Source of the DNA: the human T2T-CHM13v2.0 reference genome, Homo sapiens
Length of the DNA: 64,000 nucleotides
Direction: 5' to 3' (one strand)
Assembly (NCBI RefSeq): GCF_009914755.1
Contig: NC_060940.1
A program made the translations under genes and the position numbers. Numbering within the stretch: the stretch's first letter is position 1; the number at the start of each line of letters is the position of its first letter. The notes beneath the pieces were generated by a model. It saw nothing but the letters and a program-made list of their open reading frames with translations, was not told where the DNA came from and searched no databases. Shown here piece after piece: positions 45,701-58,804 of the stretch.

Positions 45701-48700
45701 ATTCGATTCCTTTCGAAGATTATTCCATTTGAGTCCATTCGATGATGATTCCATTCCATTCCATTCGATGATTCCGTTTGATTCCATTCGATGATTCCCT
45801 TTGATTCCTTTCTTTGATGATTCCATTCCATTCCATTCAATGATTCCATTCGAATCTATTCCATGATGATTCCTTTCGATTCCATTCGCTGATGTTTCCG
45901 TTCAATTCCATTCGGTGATGATTCCATTCGATTCCATTCATTGAGGATTCCATTTGATTCCATTCAATGATGATTCCATTCTATTCCATTCAATGATTGC
46001 ATTCAATTCCATTCAATGATTATCCCCTTAGAGTAAACTCAACGATTCCATTCAATACCATTCGATGATGATTCCTTTTGAGTCCATTCAATGATTTCAT
46101 TCAAGTCCATTTGATGATTCCTTTCAATTCCATTCTATGATGATTCCATTCGAGTCCATTCGATGATTCCATTCGATTGCATTCGATTATTCCATTATAT
46201 TCCAGTCAATGATGATTCCATTCGAGTCCATTCGATGATTCCATTAGAGTACATTTAATGATTGCTTTGTTTTCAATTCGAAGATGATTACATTGGATTC
46301 CATTCTATGATACCATTCGATTCCATTCAATGATGATTCCACTCAAATCCATTGGATGATTCCATTCGTGTCCATTCGGTGATTTCATTAGATTCCATTC
46401 GAGGATGATTCCATTCGATTCCATTCGATGATTCCATTCAATTCCATTCGATGAAGATTCCATTCCAGTCCATATGATCATTCCATTTGATTTCATTCGA
46501 TGATGATTCCATTCGATTCCATTCGATGATTCCATTCTATTCCATTCGATGATGATTCCATTGGAGTCCATTCGATGATTGCATTCGAGTCCATTTAATG
46601 ATTCCATTGGGTTCAATTCAATGATGATTACATTGGATTCCGTTCTATGATTCCATTCAATTCCGTTCATTGACAATTTGATTCCATTCGATGATGATTC
46701 CGTTTGAGTTCATTCGATGATTCTATTCGATTCTCTTCGATGGTGATTCAATTCTATTATATTGGATGATTCCATTCGATTCCATTTGATGTTGATTCAA
46801 TTCGATTCTATTCGATGATGATTCCATTGGATTTCACTTGATGATTCTATTCGATTCCATTCAATGATGATTCACTTCTCGTCCATTGGATGATTCCATT
46901 TCATTCCATTCGATGATGATTCCATTCGATTCCATTCGATGATTCCATTTGATTCCATGCGACGGTGAGCAACTCGATTCAATTCCATGATGATTCTATT
47001 TGATTCAATTAGATGATGTTTCCATTCGAATCCATTCCATGATTATTCCATTGGAATCCATTTGGTGATGATTCCATATGAGTCAATTCAATGATGATTC
47101 CATATGGGTCCGTTCGATGATAATTCCATTTGATTTCATTCGATGCTTCTATTCTATTCCAGTCGATGATGATTCCGTTGGAGTCCATACGATGATTCCA
47201 TTTGATTTCATTTGATGATGATTCCATTCGATGATGATTACATTGGATTCCATTCTATGATTCCATTCAATTCCATTCGTTGATGATTCGATTCCATTCA
47301 ATGATGATTCCATTTGAGTTCATTCGATGATTCTATTCGATTCCGTTCGATGGTGATTCAATTCTCTTATATTGGATGAATCCACTCGATTCCATTTGAT
47401 GATTATTCCATTGGAGTCCACTTAGTGAATCCTTTAGATTCTACTCGAAGATGATTCCATTCGAGTCCATTCAATGATACCATTCAATTTCATTCGTTGA
47501 TGCTTCCATTCAAGTGCATTCGATGATATCATTCGATTCCATTTGATGATAATTCCATTTGATTCCATGCGATGATTCTATTCGATTCCATTCAATGATA
47601 ATTCCATCCAATTCAGTGATTCCTCTGGACTCCATTTGATGATGATTCCATTCAATGATTCCATTCGATTCTATTCCAAAATGATTCCATTTGAATCCAT
47701 TTGATGATGATTCCATTAGATTCCATTTGATGATTCCATTCGATTCCATTTGACGATGATTCCATTCGATTCCATTTGATGATTCCATTCTATTCTATTC
47801 GATGATGATTCCATTCGATTCCATTTGATGATGATTGGATTCGATTCCATTTGATGATTTCATTTGATTCCATTCGTTAATGATTTCGATCAACTCCATT
47901 CGATGATTCCATTTGATTCCATTCGATAATGATTACATCCGAGTCCATTCGATGATTCCATTTGAGCCCGTTCGATAATTCCATTTGAGTCCAATCAATG
48001 ATTCCATTCATTTCCATTCAATGATTCCATTCGAGTCCATTTGATCATTCTGGTAGGGTCCGTTCGATGTTGATTCCATTGGAGTGCATTCGATGATTCC
48101 ATTCGAGTCCATTTTATGATTTGATTCGAGTCCTTTCGATGATTCCATTCGATTCCACTCGATGATGATTTCATTCGAGTCCATTCGACACTTCCAATCG
48201 ATTCCATTTGATGTTTCCGTTCGAGTCCAATTGATGATTCCATTCAATTCCATTCGATGATGATTCCGTACGATTCCATTCTGTGATGATTCCATGTGAT
48301 TGCATTCAATGATGATTCCTTTCGATTGCATTCGATTATGATTCATTTCGTGTTCATTCTATGGTTCCACAGGTTTCCATTCGATGACGTTTCCGTTCGT
48401 GTCCATTCCATTATTCCATTCTATTTCATTTGATGATGATTCCATTCGATTCCATTCATTGGTGATTCCACTCAATTCCATTCAATGATTCCATTCCATT
48501 TCTTTCAACAATGATTCCATTAGTTTCTATTCGATGATCCACTTGATTCCATTTGGCGATGATTCCATTCGTGTCCATTCGATGATTCCATTTGATTCCA
48601 TATGATGATGATTCCATTCGATTCCATACCATGATGATTCCATTCGAGTCCATTCAATGGTGATTCCATTCAATTCCATTCGATGATTCCTTCCGATTCC

Positions 48701-48889
48701 ATTCGATGATGATGGCATTCGATTCCTTTCAATCATTCCCTTTGATTCCATTCAAAGGTGATTTCATTCAAGTCCATTCGATAATTGCATTCGATTCCAT
48801 TCTATGATGATTCCATTCGAGTCCATTTGATGATTCCATTCAATTCAAGTCAATGATGATTCCATTCGATTCCACTCGATGATTCCATT
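42785..48889 (+). repeat. Unit copy 8, 6,105 bp; copy-5-like to ~45450, diverged afterwards (-23 bp, +16 bp)
   Basis: ORF offset changes from 42784 to 42761 after ~45460, then to 42777 after ~48390. Confidence 0.92.
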
Positions 48890-51800
48890 GGATTCCATTC
48901 GATGATGATTCCATTCAAATCCATTCGATAATTCAATTCAAGTCCATTCGATGATGATTCCAATCGAATCCATTCAAAGATTCCATTCAATTCCATTCGA
49001 TGATGATTCCCTTAGATTCCATTCGCTGATTCCACTTGATTCCATTTACGATGATTCCATTCGATTCCATGTGATGAATCCATTCAATTCTATTCAATGA
49101 TGTTTCCATTTGATTCCATTGGACCATGATTGCCTTTGATTCCATTCAATGATTCCATTCGGTTCCATTTGATGATGATTCCGTTCGATTCCATTTCATT
49201 ATTCCATTTGATTCCATTGGATGAGTCCATTCGATTACATTCGATGATTATTCCATTCGAGTGCATTAGATGATTGCATTCGAGTCCATTCGATGATTCC
49301 ATTCGATTCCATTCGATGTTGATTCTGTTCAAATCCATTCGATGATTCCACTCGATTCCATTCGATGACTCCATTTGATCCCATTCGATGATTTCCTGTG
49401 ATTCCCTTTGATGATCATTCTATTTGATTCAATTCGGTGATTTCATTTCATTCCATTCAGTGATGTTTCCATTCGACTGTATTCGATGATGATTCCATTC
49501 GACTCCATTCGATTATGATTTCATTCAATTCCATTCAATAATGATTCCCTTCGAGTCCATTCGATGATTCCATTCGATTCCATTCAACGATGATTTGATT
49601 CGTTTCCATTCGATGATTCCATTTGATTCCACTTGATGATGATTCCATTCGAGTCTATTTATGTATTATATTCGTGTCCACTTCATGATTCCATTCAATT
49701 CCATTTAATGTTGATTCCATTTGATTCCATTTGATGATTCAGTTCGATTCCTTGCAATGATTCCCTACGATTCCTTTCTATGAGGATTCCATTAGATTCC
49801 ATTCATTTATGATTTCATTCGACTCCATTCGATGATGATTCCTTTCGATTCCATTTGACGATGTTTCCATTCGAGTCCATTCGATGATGATTCTATTCAA
49901 TTCTGTTCTATTATGATTCCATTCGATTTCATTCAATGCTTCTATTTGATTCCATTCGATGATGATTCCATCTCTTTCCCTTCGATGATTCCATTTGATT
50001 CCATTCAGTGATGATTCCATTTGATTCCATCTGATGATGATTTCACTTGATTCCTTTCAATGATGATTCAATTCAAGTCCATTCGATGATTCCATTGGAG
50101 TCCAAACGATCATTCCGTTCGATTCCATTCAATGGTGATTCCATTCATGTCCATTCGATGAATCCATTCAATTCCATTCGATGATGACTCCATTCGAGTA
50201 CATTCGATGATTCCATTTGATTCCATTTGAAGATGATTCCATTCAATTCCATTCGAAGATGATTCCATTCAATTCCATTCGATGATGATTCCGTATGAAT
50301 CCATTCTCTGATTATTCCATTTGATTCCATTCATTGACGATTCCATTCAATTCCATTCAATGATGATTCTCTTCTATTCCATTCGATGATTCCGGTCGAT
50401 TCCATTCGATGATGATTCCATTAGATTCCATTCGATTGTTGCATTCGATTCCCTTCGATGATGATTCCTTTGAATTCCATTCGATTATCATTCCGTATGA
50501 ATCCATTTGATGATTATTCCATTGGATTCCTTTCGATGATGATTCCATTCGATTCCATTTGATGATGTTTCTCTTGTATTCCATTGGATAATTCCTTTCA
50601 GTTCCCTTCGATGATTATTCTTTCGAGTCAATTCGATGATTCTATTCCATTCCCTTCGATGATGATTCCATTTCACTCCATTGGATGATTCCATTCGACT
50701 CAATTTGGTGATGATTCAATTCGATGACATTCGATGACTCCATTCAATTTCATTTGATGATGATTACATTCGAGTCCATTTGATGATTGTATTCCTTTCC
50801 TTTTGATGATTATTCCATTCGTGTCTATTCAAAGAATCCATTCTATTCCATTCAATGATGATTGCATTTGATTCCATTCAATGAATATGGCTATCGATTC
50901 CACTCGTTGATTCCATTTGATTCCGTTCGATGATTATTCCGTTAGATTCCATTAGAAGATTCCATTCGATTTTATTCAATGATTCCAATGGATTCCATTC
51001 AATGATGATTCCATTCGACTCCATTCAGTGATTCCATTCGAGTCCATTTGATGATTCCATTCTTTTCCATTTGATGATGATTCCATTAGGGTCCATTCAA
51101 TGATTCCATTCGAGTCCATTCGTTAATGCCTTTCGAGTCCTTTTGATCACTACATTCGAGTCCATTCAATGATTCTATTCGATTTCATTCCATGATGATT
51201 CCATTCGAGTTCATTCGATGATTGCATTCGAGTCCATTTGATGATTCCATATGATTCCATTCGTGTCCATTTGATGATTCCATTCATTTCCTATCGATGA
51301 AGATTCCATTCAAGGGTATTCGATGATTCCATTCAAATCCATTCGATGATGATTCCATTCCAGTCCATTCGATCATTCCACTTGATTCCATTTGATGACT
51401 ATTCCATTCAAATCCATTTGATGATTCCATTCGATTCCATTCGATGTTACCATTCGAGTATATACGATGATTCCACTCGATTCCATTTGATGATTATTCC
51501 ATTGGAGTCCACTTAGTGAATCCTTTAGATTCTACTCGAAGATGATTCCATTCGAGTCCATTCGATGATACCATTCAATTCCATTCGTTGATGCTTCCAT
51601 TCAAGTGCATTCGATGATATCATTCGATTCCATTTGATGATAATTCCATTTGATTCCATGCGATGATTCTATTCGATTCCATTCAATGATAATTCCATTC
51701 AATTCAGTGATTCCTCTGGACTCCATTTGATGATGATTCCATTCAATGATTCCATTCGATTCTATTCCAAAATGATTCCATTTGAATCCATTTGATGATG

Positions 51801-52964
51801 ATTCCATTGGATTCCATTTGATGATTCCATTCGATTCCATTCGATGATGATTCCATTCGATTCCATTTGATGATTCCATTCTATTCTATTCGATGATGAT
51901 TCCATTCGATTCCATTCGATGATGATTGGATTCGATTCCATTTGATTCCATTCGATAATGATTTCGATCAATTCCATTCGATGATTCCATTCGATTCCAT
52001 TCGATAATGATTACATCCGAGTCCATTCGATGATTCCATTTGAGCCCGTTCGATAATTCCATTTGAGTCCAATCAATGATTCCATTCATTTCCATTCAAT
52101 GATTCCATTCGAGTCCATTTGATCATTCCGGTAGGGTCCGTTCGATGTTGATTCCATTGGAGTGCATTCGATGATTCCATTCGAGTCCATTTTAGGATTT
52201 GATTCGAGTCCTTTTGATGATTCCATTCGATTCCACTCGATGATTTCATTCGAGTCCATTCGACACTTCCAATCGATTCCATTTGATGTTTCCATTCGAT
52301 TCCAATTGATGATTCCATTCAATTCCATTCGATGATGATTCCGTACGATTCCATTCTGTGATGATTCCATGTGATTGCAATCAATGATGATTCCTTTCGA
52401 TTGCATTCGATTATGATTCATTTCGTGTTCATTCTATGGTTCCACAGGTTTCCATTCGATGATGTTTCCATTCGTTTCCATTCCATTATTAGATTCTATT
52501 CCATTTGAAGATGATTCCATTCGATTCCATTCATTGGTGATTCCACTCAATTCCATTCAATGATTCCATTCCATTTCTTTCAACAATGATTCCATTAGTT
52601 TCTATTCGATGATCCACTTGATTCCATTTGACGATGATTCCATTCGTGTCCATTCGATGATTCCATTTGATTCCATATGATGATGATTCCATTCGATTCC
52701 ATACGATGATGATTCCATTCGAGTCCATTCAATGGTGATTCCATTCAATTCCATTCGATGATTCCTTTCGATTCCATTCAATGATGATGGCATTCGATTC
52801 CTTTCGATCATTCCCTTTGATTCCATTCAAATGTGATTTCATTCAAGTCCATTCGATAATTGCATTCGATTCCATTCTATGATGATTCCATTCGAGTCCA
52901 TTTGATGATTCCATTCAATTCAAGTCAATGATGATTCCATTCGATTCCACTCGATGATTCCATT
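48890..52964 (+). repeat. Rearranged unit copy 9, 4,075 bp: unit positions ~1-765, a 1.8-kb divergent block, then unit positions ~4614-6112
   Basis: Start motif at 48890 and 52965; ORF 198 maps to 49090 and ORF 4749 to 51601; landmarks of unit positions 770-4610 are absent. Confidence 0.9.
49656..51465 (+). repeat. Divergent HSat2 block (~1.81 kb), single copy in this window and not colinear with the 6,112-bp unit
   Basis: Still CATTC/GATGA-based but carries words I did not see elsewhere: TATTTATGTATTATATTCG (49656), CCTTGCAATGATTCCCTACG (~49750), TCCGGTCGAT (50391), ATGAATATGGCTATCG (50881), CAAGGGTATTCG (51311). Four pseudo-ORFs are unique to it. Confidence 0.88.
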
Positions 52965-55900
52965 GGATTCCATTCGATGATGATTCCATTCAAATCCATT
53001 CGATAATTCAATTCAAGTCCATTCGATGATGATTCCAATCGAATCCATTCAAAGATTCCACTCAATTCCATTCGATGATGATTCCCTTAGATTCCATTCG
53101 ATGATTCCACTTGATTCCATTTACGATGATTCCATTCGATTCCATGTGATGATTCCATTCAATTCTATTCAATGATGTTTCCACTTGATTCCATTCGAAC
53201 ATGATTGCCTTTGATTCCATTCAATGATTCCATACGGTTCCATTTGATGATGATTCCATTCGAGTGCATTAGATGATTCCATTCGAGTCCATTCGATGAT
53301 TCCATTCGATTCCATTCGATGTTGATTCTGTTCAAATCCATTCGATGATTCCACTCGATTCCATTCGATGACTCCATTTGATCCCATTCGATGATTTCCT
53401 TTGATTCCCTTTGATGATCATTCCATTTGATTCAATTCGGTGATTTCATTTGATTCCATTCAGTGATGTTTCCATTCAACTCCTTTCGATGATGATTCCA
53501 TTCGACTCCATTCGATTATGATTTCATTCAATTCCATTCGATAATGATTCCCTTCAAGTCCATTCGATGATTCCATTCGATTCCATTCAACGATGATTTG
53601 ATTCGTGTCCATTCGATGATTCCATTTGATTCCATTTGATGATGATTCCATTCGAGTCCCTTTCATGATTCCATTCAATACCATTCTCCGATGATTTCTT
53701 TTGAGCCCATTCAATGCTTCCACTCGATTCCATATGATGATGACTCCATTTGATGAAATTCCATGATGATTCCATTCGCTTGCATTCGATGATGATTCCA
53801 CTTGAGTCCGTTAGAAGATTCTATTCAATTACATTCCATGACGATTCTGTTCGAGTCCATTTGATGATTCCATTAGACTCCATTCAACGATGATTCCATT
53901 CGATGTTATTCGATGATGATTCCATTCAACTCCATTCGATGTTTCCATTCGAGTTCATTCTATTATTCCATTAGATTCCATTCGATGATGATTCCATTCG
54001 ATTCCATTTGATGATTGCATTCTATTTCATTTGATGATGATTCCATTCGAGTCCATTCGATGATTCCATTCGAGTCCATTTAATGAATCCATTGGTTTCA
54101 ATTCTATGATGATTACATTGGATTCCATACGTTGATGATTTCATTCGATTCCATTCAATGATGATTCCATTCAATTCCATTCAATGATTCCATTCAATTC
54201 CATACGATGATGATTCCATTTGATTTGATTCGACAGTGAGCCATTCGATTCAATTCCATGATGATTCTATTTGATTCAATTCGTTGACATTTCCATTCGA
54301 TTCCATTCGATGATGATTCCATTTGATTCCATTCAAAGATGATTCCATTCTAGCCCATTCAATCATTCCATTCGATTCTATTCAATGATGATTCCATTCA
54401 TGTCGATTTGGTGATTCCATTTGACTTCATTTGATGATGATTCCTTTCAAGTTCATTAGATGATTCCATTCGATTCCATTTGATGATGATCCCATTCGAG
54501 TCCATTCAGTGATTCCACTCGTTTCCATTCCATGATGATTCCATTCCATTCCATTCAATGATTCCATTCGATTCCGTTTGATGATGATTTCATTCGAGTC
54601 CATTTGATGATTCCATTTGATTCCATTCGATGATGATTACATTCGAGTCCATACGATGATTCCACTCAATTCCATATGATGATGATTCCATTCGATTCCA
54701 TTCGGTGATTCCATTCTATTCTATTCAATGTTGATTCCATTCGAGTACATTAGATGATTCCATTCGATTCCATTCAATGATGATTCTATTTGTGTCCCTT
54801 AGATGGTTCCACATGATTCCATTTCATGATGATACTATTTGAGCCCATCCAATTATTCCCTTCGATTCCATTCGATGAGGATTCCATTCGATTCAATTCA
54901 TTGGTGATTCTATTCAATTCAATTCTTTGATTCCATTCCATTCCATTCGACAATGATTCCATTCGATTTCTTTCGATGATTCCACTCGATTCCACTTGAC
55001 ATTGATTCCATTCGATTCCATTCAATGATTCCGTTTGATTCCAGTGGATGATGATTGCCATCGATTCCATTCGATCACTCCATTCTATTCCATTTGATGA
55101 TGATTACATTCGATTCCATTTGATGATTCCATCTGATTCTATTCGAGGATTCCATTTGATTCCATTCGATGATGATTCCATTCGAGTGCATTCGATGATT
55201 TCATTCGAGTACATCCAATGATTCCATTCGAGTCCATTTGATGATTCCATTTGATTCCATTTGATTATGATTCTACTAGAGTCCATTCAATGACTCCATT
55301 CGAATCCATTCAACAATTCCATTCGAGGCCATTCGATGATTCCATTTCATGATTCCATTCGAGTCCATTTAATCATTACAGTCGAGTCCATTTGGTGATT
55401 CCACTGGATTTCTTTTGATAATGATACCATTCAGTTACATTTGATGATGATCCCATTCAATTTCATTTGATGGTGATTCCATTAGAGTCCATTCGATGAT
55501 TTCATTCGAGTCCCTTCATTGATTCCATCCGATTTCATTGGATGATGACTCCATTCGAGTCCATTCGATGATTCCACTCGATTCCATTAGATGATTCCAT
55601 TGGAGTCCATTTGATTGTTCCATTCGATTCTATTCGATTCCTTTCGAAGATTATTCCATTTGAGTCCATTCGATGATGATTCCATTCCATTCCATTCCAT
55701 GATTCCGTTTGATTCCATTCGATGATTCCCTTCGATTCCTTTCTTTGATGATTCCATTCCATTCCATTCAATGATTCCATTCGAATCTATTCCATGATGA
55801 TTCCTTTCGATTCCATTCGCTGATGTTTCCGTTCAATTCCATTCGATGATGATTCCATTCGATTCCATTCATTGAGGATTCCATTTGATTCCATTCAATG

Positions 55901-58804
55901 ATGATTCCATTCTATTCCATTCAATGATTGCATTCAATTCCATTCAATGATTATCCCATTAGAGTAAACTCAAAGATTCCATTCAATACCATTCGATGAT
56001 GATTCCTTTTGAGTCCATTCAATGATTTCATTCAAGTCCATTTGATGATTCCTTTCAATTCCATTCTATGATGATTCCATTCGAGTCCATTCGATGATTC
56101 CATTCGATTGCATTCGATGATTCCATTATATTCCATTCAACGATGATTCCATTCGAGTCCATTCGATGATTCCGTTAGAGTACATTTAATGATTGCTTTG
56201 TTTTCAATTCGAAGATGATTACATTGGATTCCATTCTATGATACCATTCGATTCCATTCAATGATGATTCCACTCAAATCCATTGGATGATTCCATTCGT
56301 GTCCATTCGGTGATTTCATTAGATTCCATTCGAGGATGATTCCATTCGATTCCATTCGATGATTCCATTCAATTCCATTCGATGATGATTCCATTCCAGT
56401 CCATATGATCATTCCATTTGATTTCATTCGATGATGATTCCATTCGATTCCATTCGATGATTCCATTCTATTCCATTCGATGATGATTCCATTCGAGTCC
56501 ATTCGATGATTCCATTCGAGTCCATTTAATGATTCCATTGGGTTCAATTCAATGATGATTACATTGGATTCCGTTCTATGATTCCATTCAATTCCGTTCA
56601 TTGACAATTTGATTCCATTCGATGATGATTCCATTTGAGTTCATTCGATGATTCTATTCGATTCTCTTCGATGGTGATTCAATTCTATTATATTGGATGA
56701 TTCCATTCGATTCCATTTGATGTTTATTCAATTCGATTCTATTCGATGATGATTCCATTGGATTTCACTTGATGATTCTATTCGATTCCATTCAATGATG
56801 ATTCACTTCTCGTCCATTGGATGATTCCATTTCATTCCATTCGATGATGATTCCATTCGATTCCATTCGATGATTCCATTTGATTCCATGCGTCGGTGAG
56901 CAATTCGATTCAATTCCATGATGATTCTATTTGATTCAATTAGATGATGTTTCCATTCGAATCCATTCCATGATTATTCCATTGGAATCCATTCGGCGAT
57001 GATTCCATATGAGTCAATTCAATGATGATTCCATATGGGTCCGTTCGATGATAATTCCATTTGATTTCATTCGATGCTTCTATTCTATTCCAGTCGATGA
57101 TGATTCCGTTGGAGTCCATACGATGATTCCATTTGATTTCATTTGATGATGATTCCATTCGATGATGATTACATTGGATTCCATTCTATGATTCCATTCA
57201 ATTCCATTCGTTGATGATTCGATTCCATTCAATGATGATTCCATTTGAGTTCATTCGATGATTCTATTCGATTCCGTTCGATGGTGATTCAATTCTCTTA
57301 TATTGGATGATTCCACTCGATTCCATTTGACGATAATTCCATTGGAGTCCACTTAGTGAATCCTTTAGATTCTACTCGAAGATGATTCCATTCGAGTCCA
57401 TTCGATGATACCATTCAATTTCATTCGTTGATGCTTCCATTCAAGTGCATTCGATGATATCATTCGATTCCATTTGATGATAATTCCATTTGATTCCATG
57501 CGATGTTTCTATTCGATTCCATTCAACGACAATTCCATTCAATTCAGTGATTCCTCTGGACTCCATTTGATGATGATTCCATTCAATGATTCCATTCGAT
57601 TCTATTCGAAAATGATTCCATTTGAATCCATTTGATGATGATTCCATTAGATTCCATTTGATGATTCCATTCGATTCCATTCAATGATGATTCCATTCGA
57701 TTCCGTTTGATGATTCCATTCTATTCTATTCGATGATGATTCCATTCGATTCCATTCGATGATGATTGGATTCGATTCCATTTGATGATTTCATTTGATT
57801 CCATTCGTTAATGATTTCGATCAATTCCATTCGATGATTCCATTCGATTCCATTCGATAATGATTACATCCGAGTCCATTCGATGATTCCCTTTGAGCCT
57901 GTTCGATAATTCCATTTGAGTCCAACCAATGATTCCATTCATTTCCATTCAATGATTCCATTCGAGTCCATTTGATCATTCCGGTAGGGTCCATTCGATG
58001 TTGATTCCATTGGAGTGCATTCGATGATTCCATTCGAGTCCATTTTAGGATTTGATTCGAGTCCTTTCGATGATTCCATTCGATTCCACTCGATGATGAT
58101 TTCATTCGAGTCCATTCGACACTTCCAATCGATTCCATTTGATGATTCCATTCGAGTCCAATTGATGATTCCATTCAATTCCATTCGATGATGATTCCGT
58201 ACGATTCCATTCTGTGATGATTCCATGTGATTGCATTCAATGATGATTCCTTTCGATTGCATTCGATTATGATTCATTTCGTGTTCATTCTATGGTTCCA
58301 CAGGTTTCCATTCGTGTCCATTCCATTATTCCATTCTATTCCATTTGATGATGATTCCATTCGATTCCATTCCTTGGTGATTCCACTCAATTCCATTCAA
58401 TGATTCCATTCCATTTCTTTCAACAATGATTCCATTAGTTTCTAATCGATGATCCACTTGATTCCATTTGACGACGATTCCATTCTTGTCCATTCGATGA
58501 TTCCATTTGATTCCATATGATGATGATTCCATTCGATCCCATACCATGATGATTCCATTCGAGTCCATTCAATGGTGATTCCATTCAATTCCATTCGATG
58601 ATTCCTTTCGATTCCATTCGATGATGATGGCATTCGATTCCTTTCAATCATTCCCTTTGATTCCATTCAAAGGTGATTTCATTCAAGTCCATTCGATAAT
58701 TGCATTCGATTCCATTCTATGATGATTCCATTCGAGTCCATTTGATGATTCCATTCAATTCAAGTCAATGATGATTCCATTCGATTCCATTCGATGATTC
58801 CATT
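52965..58804 (+). repeat. Unit copy 10, 5,840 bp (+3, -72, -23, -170, -10 bp relative to copy 1)
   Basis: Offsets step 52967, 52895, 52872, 52702, 52692; the next start motif is at 58805. Confidence 0.9.

Noticed and set aside
49656-51465. Mobile element insertion
   Set aside because: The block is itself HSat2. It has no TSD, TIR, LTR, poly-A or Alu/L1-like sequence, and it replaces unit sequence rather than inserting into it.
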